A stretch of DNA of 64,000 nucleotides, from NCBI GenBank assembly GCA_050249535.1, contig JBFWQI010000029.1:7039-71038 (forward strand), read 5' to 3'. This document shows positions 51,407 through 64,000 of the stretch, one piece after another (the first letter of the stretch is position 1; every line of letters begins with the position of its first letter). This DNA comes from Blastocatellales bacterium. Its GTDB lineage: Bacteria > Acidobacteriota > Blastocatellia > RBC074. A model generated the notes under the pieces. The model was not told where the DNA came from, searched no databases, and saw nothing but the letters and a program-made list of their open reading frames with translations. Position numbers and translations under genes: made by a program.

Positions 51407-52276
51407 TTACTGCTGTCCGAAGATGCCACCCAGATTGACGCTGCCGCCGCCGCTCGAAGACTGCGTCGGGAAGAAGGGCTTCATGACTCCTGCGAAGGCG
51501 GCCAGATTCCGCGTCTGAATCAGGATCTCGCCGGGGCCTCTGAACTCCGCGACTATCCCTTCGCCGCTGACCAGACTCCGGAACCAGCCGGCGCTCGAGG
51601 CCTTCCTGAGCTCATACGGCATGTGACCTTCCCACGCGACCAGATGCCCGGTATCGACGACGTATCGCTCATTGACGGCCAGTTGCTTGCGGTGGATCGC
51701 GCCGAAAGACGAGACCAGCAGCAGCCCCGTTCCCTGAACCTGGAGTACGAAGAGCCCTTCGCCGCCGAAGAACGATTTCGCCCCGCCCCATCGGGTGTCG
51801 ATCGTCAGGCTGCTGTCGCCGGCCAGATAGGAGCTGGACTGGACATAGAAGAGCTGGTTGGCCATCTCGATCGCCGCGACGTCGCCGGGAGTCGCCGGCG
51901 CGAGCGTCACTTCGCCCGGGCCGCCGCGCGCCGTGAAGGTGGAGATGAAGGCCGTCTCGCCGCCGACCGCGCGCTTGAGCGCTCCCATCAATCCGCCCTT
52001 CATCTCCGAATTGAGTTCGACGTTGCCCGACATCGAGACCATCGCGCCCGATTCAGTCTGGATCGACTGTTCGGCCTGTAGCTTGATGACGGCCAGCGAG
52101 AAGGCCGATCCGTGCAGGATCTCGTAGTTGTATCCGCGGCCGCTACCTCGACCGTCGGCGTCGATGTGAATCCCGCCGCTGCCGGCGCCGCTTCCTCCAG
52201 ATTTCAGATTCGCCCCGCACGAACTGCAGAAGACCGCATCGTTGGGAAGCCCGATCCCGCAAGCTGGACAATTCAT
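51407..52276 (-). CDS. Zinc-ribbon + TIGR00266/AIM24 (DUF124) family protein
   Basis: 289-aa ORF with an N-terminal CPACGIGLPNDAVFCSSCG and an AIM24-like beta-rich body. Confidence 0.75.
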   Translation of the reverse strand: MNCPACGIGLPNDAVFCSSCGANLKSGGSGAGSGGIHIDADGRGSGRGYNYEILHGSAFSLAVIKLQAEQSIQTESGAMVSMSGNVELNSEMKGGLMGALKRAVGGETAFISTFTARGGPGEVTLAPATPGDVAAIEMANQLFYVQSSSYLAGDSSLTIDTRWGGAKSFFGGEGLFVLQVQGTGLLLVSSFGAIHRKQLAVNERYVVDTGHLVAWEGHMPYELRKASSAGWFRSLVSGEGIVAEFRGPGEILIQTRNLAAFAGVMKPFFPTQSSSGGGSVNLGGIFGQQ

Positions 52277-52322
52277 CTCGTTTTCCTTTCTCCTTAATGG
52301 TTACCAGAATAGTAGATATATT

Positions 52323-52514
52323 TTAACTGCTCAGCCCAAACGCGAAGAGTGATAAAACGCTAAGCCGCCAAGATGGCCAGAGTTTAATCAGGGCATGAAA
52401 CATTGGATTTAGCCATCGTGAGATCGGCGATATTGAGGGAAATTGTACATTCCCATCCTTAATCCCCCCTTGGCCATCTTGGCGCCTTGGCGTTCAATCA
52501 CTCTGAGCCGTTAC
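52323..52514. repeat. CCAAG-family hairpin element bounded by TTAACTGCTCAGCC / CTGAGCCGTTAC termini
   Basis: Three blocks pair across the element. The left terminus (52323-52336) pairs with the right terminus (52503-52514). AGAGTGAT pairs with ATCACTCT. GCCGCCAAGATGGCCAG pairs with CCTTGGCCATCTTGGCGCCTTGGCG. The element ends 4 nt before the sirtuin stop. Confidence 0.8.
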
Positions 52515-52517
52515 AAT

Positions 52518-53270
52518 TTATTGACGTCCTGCTCTGACCGCCTCGGCGAAGGTACCCGTCGAATCGCGAACGACGAGCGTGGCGAGATGATCGAGCGCGG
52601 TCGGTTCGCGATTGACGATGATCACCCGGGCGCCATGTTCACTTGCCATCCTCGGCAGCCCGGCGGCCGGTTGAACTATCAGAGAAGATCCCAGAACCAG
52701 CATCAGATCGCATTGTACGATCTCGCGGATTGTATCGTTCCAGATCCCCTCGGGCAAAAGATCGCCGAAGAGCACTACGTCGGGTTTGACGACCGAACCG
52801 CAATTCTCGCACAGCGGAACTGCCGTCCGTCCTTCGGCGATTCCGTGATACAGAACGTCCATCTCGTATTTACGCCGGCAGTTGACGCATCTGCCGGTTC
52901 GGAAGGTCCCGTGAATTTCGAGGACGTTGCGCGACCCGGCTGCCTGGTGCAGGCCGTCGATGTTCTGCGTGACGATGGCGGAGAGCCTGCCTTCGTCCTC
53001 TAGTTCGACAAGCAGGCGGTGGGTCGATGTCGGCAGAGCGCCCCGGATGCCGGGCATCAGGCGAAGGGCTGCCCGGTAGAATCCCGCCGGGTCGCGTCTG
53101 AAGCCCGGCGCCGAGAGCTGTTCCATCAGCCCTTCGTCCTCCCACAATCCGCCGGGACTGCGAAAGTCCGGTATCCCGGCCTCGGTGCTGATTCCGGCTC
53201 CGGTGAAGGCGACGATCCGTCGCGCATCATTAATATATGCGATAGCTTTCAAAATAGCGTCAGTCATCAC
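52518..53270 (-). CDS. cobB: NAD-dependent protein deacylase (Sir2/CobB family)
   Basis: 250-aa ORF with GAGISTEAGIPDFRS, a CxxC...CxxC zinc module and a QNIDGLH motif. Confidence 0.88.
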   Translation of the reverse strand: MMTDAILKAIAYINDARRIVAFTGAGISTEAGIPDFRSPGGLWEDEGLMEQLSAPGFRRDPAGFYRAALRLMPGIRGALPTSTHRLLVELEDEGRLSAIVTQNIDGLHQAAGSRNVLEIHGTFRTGRCVNCRRKYEMDVLYHGIAEGRTAVPLCENCGSVVKPDVVLFGDLLPEGIWNDTIREIVQCDLMLVLGSSLIVQPAAGLPRMASEHGARVIIVNREPTALDHLATLVVRDSTGTFAEAVRAGRQ

Positions 53271-53329
53271 GTCAAACCCGCCCGTTCGATAATTGTCACT
53301 TCGGCCTGTCGCGCATTCCGTTTAATTGG

Positions 53330-53357
53330 TTGACTTTGAAGACAGGGAGGCTAAGAT
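53330..53357 (+). promoter_or_regulatory. Possible sigma-70-type promoter for the TonB-dependent receptor
   Basis: TTGACT, 16 nt, then TAAGAT, 64 nt upstream of the ATG. This is a pattern match only. Confidence 0.25.
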
Positions 53358-53420
53358 TACCATTTACGTCAAGACACAACCACGGCAAAGTTAATCAAAT
53401 CCGCAGACTGGAGAGCACGC

Positions 53421-58806
<5,386 letters not shown>

Positions 58807-58811
58807 CTTCA

Positions 58812-59001
58812 TCCACTAAGGACACGAAGAAGCACAAAGTAAATAAATTGATCCACAAAGTGCACGAAGAAGCACAAAGAGTATAAAAATCTTGGTGTCT
58901 GCTTCGTGTCACTTGGTGGATAAAAACAATTTCTTTGTGCCTCTTTGTGAACTTTGTGGATAAAAATTCTTTCTTTGTGTCTCTTCGTGTTCCTTCGTGG
59001 A
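58812..59001. repeat. CACGAAG/CACAAAG-family hairpin element between convergent eno and the ATP-grasp gene
   Basis: Left arm TCCACTAAGGACACGAAGAAGCACAAAG...TCCACAAAGTGCACGAAGAAGCACAAAGAG. The reverse complement of the right arm is TCCACGAAGGAACACGAAGAGACACAAAG...TCCACAAAGTTCACAAAGAGGCACAAAG. Confidence 0.85.
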
Positions 59002-59010
59002 CAACATTTT

Positions 59011-60360
59011 CTACTCGTCGATGATCAGCATGGGGACGGCCGAGCCGCCGCCGGCAGTCACGTTGAGGAGAGCCGATGACGAGAGTCTGACTCCGGCGCC
59101 TTCGACGCGCTGCCCGCGCCAGGTGTAGGGATCGAGGTCGAGATAGCGCGGCTCGAATGCGATTCCGTCGGGTGTCAGGACAGGGAATATCTCACTCGAA
59201 ATCTCGACCCGCTCCTGCACGATGAAAGCCGCGCCGAGGGCCTCGCCGATCGCGCGCTCCCAGTCTTCATCGCTGCACTCCCATCCGAGGGTGACCCCTC
59301 TTCCGCCGTAATCTCCGTTCGGTTTGAGGACAAGTTCGTCGCGATGCCGGAGGACGCAATCGATCAGGTCGACGCGCCGGCCGCGCCAGGTCGTGAATCC
59401 CTCGATCAGGCGCCGGGTCCAGGGGATGTGGCGGCGAACGGCATCAACCTCGTCGTTTGTGAAGAGATGCGAGAATTCAGGTTCTTCGAGCAGCGCGAAG
59501 AGGATCTTCTTCGAGAGCGCCTGAACGCGGAAGGAATTGACCACGCAGACGGCCCGATCCCGTGCCGCCGCCGCCAGCGGATGCGAGGGCCCGCAATGTT
59601 CGATGAATTCCGTCGTCACGATCCGCTTGTAGACGATATCGATCTCGAAGTCGCCGGCGCGCAGCCGGCCGTCGCTGTAGTCGAGATCGTTCGGATCAAC
59701 GATCCTGGTCGGGCATCCGCGGGATTCGAAGTACTGGCGGCAGATTTCGAATTCGCTGCGCGTTCGCACCTCCTTCCAGTCGACGATGGCGATATTCGGC
59801 CAGTATCCGGAAGCGCCGCCGGACCATTCCTCGTAGCTCTCGATCAGGGCGTCGAGGATAAGCGGGCGGACGGGGATCCGGCGCAGGGGATGGTTTCGCG
59901 AGAATTCGCGGACGACATCCATCTCGATGAAGATCTCGCTGAGAACGTCGCCGAAGAGCAGGCCTCCGGGGCTGTCGGCGTTGTATTCGACGAACCGGAA
60001 CTCGCCGTCCGACCCGATGAATGCGTCGAGCCGGCCGCTCGAGTCGGGCGCGGCGAAGCCAGGGTCGATCCGGACGATCTCTTCCTCGGCCGGCGTCAGA
60101 TCGAGTCGCTTGAGCAGGCCTGAGTCCGCGCAGATCGCCCGCGAGATCTTCGACAGCGCCGACAGGATGAGCGTCGATCCCGCGCGAATGGTCTCATAGC
60201 GGGATGCCGTAATCAGACAGGGTCTGAGCACATTGCAGATCGGACGATCGCCGAAAGTGAGCCGGTGTCGATCGATCCCGGCAGCGAGCGTCTCGACGGC
60301 CTGATCCGCCATCGGCCCTTTGAGCAGGCTGTGGAATTGTTCGATGAAGGTCTCTTGCAT
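59011..60360 (-). CDS. ATP-grasp superfamily protein (glutathionylspermidine-synthase-like / circularly permuted ATP-grasp)
   Basis: 449-aa ORF with a FVEYNADSPGG motif resembling GSP_synth/CP_ATPgrasp families. The subfamily is uncertain. Confidence 0.6.
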   Translation of the reverse strand: MQETFIEQFHSLLKGPMADQAVETLAAGIDRHRLTFGDRPICNVLRPCLITASRYETIRAGSTLILSALSKISRAICADSGLLKRLDLTPAEEEIVRIDPGFAAPDSSGRLDAFIGSDGEFRFVEYNADSPGGLLFGDVLSEIFIEMDVVREFSRNHPLRRIPVRPLILDALIESYEEWSGGASGYWPNIAIVDWKEVRTRSEFEICRQYFESRGCPTRIVDPNDLDYSDGRLRAGDFEIDIVYKRIVTTEFIEHCGPSHPLAAAARDRAVCVVNSFRVQALSKKILFALLEEPEFSHLFTNDEVDAVRRHIPWTRRLIEGFTTWRGRRVDLIDCVLRHRDELVLKPNGDYGGRGVTLGWECSDEDWERAIGEALGAAFIVQERVEISSEIFPVLTPDGIAFEPRYLDLDPYTWRGQRVEGAGVRLSSSALLNVTAGGGSAVPMLIIDE

Positions 60361-60492
60361 AGGGGTTAACTCTTGGTTCTGGCCTTTCAGTGCCGTATAT
60401 TACCATCTGTTTTACCGTCAGTCGCGCGAAACAGCGACATTCATCCCGGCTCAGCCGAGGATTACATTTCATACCGGGACAGGAACACAAAA

Positions 60493-61380
60493 GTGAGCAT
60501 ACGCAATGCCGTCATACCCGTTGCCGGACTCGGGACGAGGCTGCTTCCGGCCACCAAGTCGCAGCCCAAGGAGATGCTGCCGGTCGGCAAACGGCCGATC
60601 GTGCAGTACATCGTCGAAGAGCTCAATCTCTGCGGCATCGAACGGATCCTCTTCGTCACGGGCCGCGGAAAGAGTTCGATCGAGGACCACTTCGACGACG
60701 ATCCGGATCTGGTCCGCAACCTCCGCGAATCGGGCAAGGAGGACCTGCTCGAGGAGCTGGAATACGAGCGGATCGGGATCAACTTTCTCTACACCAGACA
60801 GCGGCGCCAGCGGGGACTCGGCGATGCCGTTCTGTGCGCCGAATCGTTCGCCGGGACCGAGCCGTTCGTCGTCGCGCTCGGAGATTCGATAATCGGACGT
60901 CACAAACCGTCCGACGTCGTCAGCCGGCTGATCGGCGCCTTCGAGCAGCATGACGCTGCCTGCGCGATCGCCGTCGAGGAGGTTCCCCGCGAACAGGTCT
61001 CGATGTACGGCATCGTCAATCCCGCTTCGGACGATGATGTATTTGTCATCTCTGATCTCGTCGAGAAGCCGAAGGTCGCTGAGGCGCCGAGCAACTGGGC
61101 GATCGCCGGTCGTTACGTCTTCGCCCCGGATCTCTTCGACGCCATCAGACAGACCGGATTCGACCATCGCGGAGAGATCCAGTTGACCGATGCCATCCGC
61201 CTGCTCGGTAAAGCGGGCCGTCGGATCGTCGGCGTTCGTCTCCCGCCCGATGAAAAACGCTACGACATCGGCAACTTCGAGAGCTACTTCGAAACTTTCG
61301 TCGAGTTCGCGCTGACCGACCCCGTCTACGGCGAGAAACTGCGCCAACACGTGAGGGAACTGCTGGGTGAGAATTCATAA
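60493..61380 (+). CDS. galU: GalU-type UTP--sugar-1-phosphate uridylyltransferase
   Basis: [29 protein letters not shown] is the canonical GalU N-terminus. I prefer GTG 60493 because the ORF-track start at 60373 would leave only 12 nt to the divergent gene. Confidence 0.85.
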   Translation: MSIRNAVIPVAGLGTRLLPATKSQPKEMLPVGKRPIVQYIVEELNLCGIERILFVTGRGKSSIEDHFDDDPDLVRNLRESGKEDLLEELEYERIGINFLYTRQRRQRGLGDAVLCAESFAGTEPFVVALGDSIIGRHKPSDVVSRLIGAFEQHDAACAIAVEEVPREQVSMYGIVNPASDDDVFVISDLVEKPKVAEAPSNWAIAGRYVFAPDLFDAIRQTGFDHRGEIQLTDAIRLLGKAGRRIVGVRLPPDEKRYDIGNFESYFETFVEFALTDPVYGEKLRQHVRELLGENS

Positions 61381-62404
61381 GACAAAGGCCTTTGCGAGGG
61401 CAGGACTGATCGGCAATCCGTCAGACGGTTATAACGGCAGGACGATCAGCCTGATCGTCAGGAACTTCCATGCCGAAGTCGTCATCTACGAATGGCCCGA
61501 GCTGGAGATCATCCCGACGCGCCAGGATCACTGCCGGTTCGAGGATCTCGATCATTTTCTTTACGATACGCGGCTCAACGGTTATTACGGCGGATTGAGA
61601 CTGGTCAAGGCCTCCATCAAGCGGTTCGCCGAACACTGCCAGCAGAAGGGCATCGAACTTCCGCGCGAAAACTTTTCGATGCGTTATTCGTCGAACATAC
61701 CGCGCCAGGTCGGGCTGGCCGGTTCGAGCGCGATCGTGACGGCGACGATGCGGGCGCTCTGCTGGTTCTACAAGGTGACGATCCCGGAGGAGATACTTCC
61801 GGGTCTCATCCTCTCGGTCGAGAAGGAGGAGCTCGGCATCAGCGCCGGTCTGCAGGACAGGGTCTCGCAAGTCTATGAAGGACTGGTCTACATGGATTTC
61901 GACAGGGAGTTCATGGAGACTCACGGCCACGGGATCTACGAAAGGCTCGACCCGGCCCTCCTGCCGCCGGTCTACATCGCCTATCAGACCGAGCTGGCCG
62001 AACCTTCCGAGGTCTTTCACAACGACATCCGCAAACGATACGACAACGGAGAGCCGCTGGTGGTCGACGCGATGCGTGAGTTCGCGGAGCTTGCCCGACT
62101 GGCCCGGACCTGTCTGCTCGAGGGGAATCATGCCGAACTCGCTCGTCTGATGAACCGGAATTTCGATCTGCGCAGCAGCATCTACAATCTCAATCCCAAG
62201 CACGTCAGGATGATCGAGGTCGCCAGGGCCGAGGGCGCTTCGGCGAAGTTCGCCGGCTCGGGCGGCTCGATCATCGGGACCTATACCGACGAGGAGATGT
62301 TCGCTCGACTCAAGGCCTCCTTCGCCGCCGAGTCGTGCGATGTCATCAAACCCATTATCAATCCCGGGAACAGGCCCGGAAGCGCAGCCATTCTGCCGGC
62401 ATAA
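61367..62404 (+). CDS. GHMP kinase, glucuronokinase-like
   Basis: 345-aa ORF with a GTG start that overlaps galU by 14 nt. Motifs [56 protein letters not shown] and KFAGSGGS resemble plant GlcAK. This is recalled from memory and not searched. Confidence 0.75.
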   Translation: MRIHKTKAFARAGLIGNPSDGYNGRTISLIVRNFHAEVVIYEWPELEIIPTRQDHCRFEDLDHFLYDTRLNGYYGGLRLVKASIKRFAEHCQQKGIELPRENFSMRYSSNIPRQVGLAGSSAIVTATMRALCWFYKVTIPEEILPGLILSVEKEELGISAGLQDRVSQVYEGLVYMDFDREFMETHGHGIYERLDPALLPPVYIAYQTELAEPSEVFHNDIRKRYDNGEPLVVDAMREFAELARLARTCLLEGNHAELARLMNRNFDLRSSIYNLNPKHVRMIEVARAEGASAKFAGSGGSIIGTYTDEEMFARLKASFAAESCDVIKPIINPGNRPGSAAILPA

Positions 62405-62449
62405 TATTTTTGCAGGCAGGGTGGCTGCGCTCCCAGGAGCATCACAATA

Positions 62450-64000
<1,551 letters not shown>

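Noticed and set aside
52518-53270. Sir2-family gene as part of a defence system (Thoeris, DSR, SIR2-HerA or pAgo-like).
   Set aside because: It is a 250-aa canonical CobB-type deacylase with a zinc module. It has no fused effector or sensor domains and no partner genes. Its neighbours are an AIM24-family protein and a TonB-dependent receptor.
53271-53420. A cobalamin or other riboswitch upstream of the TonB-dependent receptor, and an FMN element near ribF.
   Set aside because: No B12-box-like or FMN-like conserved cores are seen. Only a possible -35/-10 pair is listed, at low confidence.
60373-60492. The track start (ATG 60373) for the GalU homologue.
   Set aside because: It would leave 12 nt to the divergently transcribed ATP-grasp gene and add 40 non-homologous residues. 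GTG 60493 aligns with canonical GalU N-termini.

Overview
High-GC bacterial chromosomal segment. The gene content suggests an Acidobacteriota-like genome, which is inference only: a 1344-aa CarboxypepD_reg-type TonB-dependent receptor, zinc-ribbon fusions, an 880-aa PIG-L protein and a Tat-signal DegT aminotransferase. I call 49 protein-coding genes, one tRNA-Lys(UUU) with a canonical intrinsic terminator, and a few candidate operator or promoter sites. Two of the genes are open at the window edges and absent from the supplied ORF track: a Lon-like protease at 1-1528(-) and an amidohydrolase at 62450-64000(+). The genes are mostly housekeeping or metabolic: glutaryl-CoA dehydrogenase-like ACAD, Ald, ALDH, SucD, RibF, enolase, Aat, a CobB-type sirtuin, a TetR-MFP-RND-TolC efflux operon, several transporters and a Crp-headed redox block. 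I saw no CRISPR array, cas genes, integrase, transposase, phage genes or recognisable defence genes. The many long antisense ORFs in the track are GC-driven shadow ORFs. The most unusual signal is non-coding. Twelve intergenic loci (about 2 kb in total) carry long imperfect hairpins with a purine-rich arm, a unique spacer and a pyrimidine-rich arm. They fall into four unrelated word families: GTAGAAA heptads, AGACGCCAAG, CGCAAAG and CACGAAG/CACAAAG. They sit exactly between stop and start codons and often supply the stop codon. In addition, a roughly 236-nt highly structured element with 14-bp terminal inverted repeats occurs twice (12163-12382 and 47734-47969). It is embedded in heptad arrays and shares its terminus motif (TAACTGCTCAGCC) with two of the CCAAG-family hairpins. 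Other items worth a look are a solitary 90-nt near-perfect hairpin (37849-37938), 35-bp tandem repeats (13995-14126), a plant-like MIOX / glucuronokinase-like / GalU gene set, an ornithine-cyclodeaminase gene wedged into the RND efflux operon, and a Tat-exported DegT aminotransferase. All functional calls come from reading the translations and recognising motifs. No database search was run.
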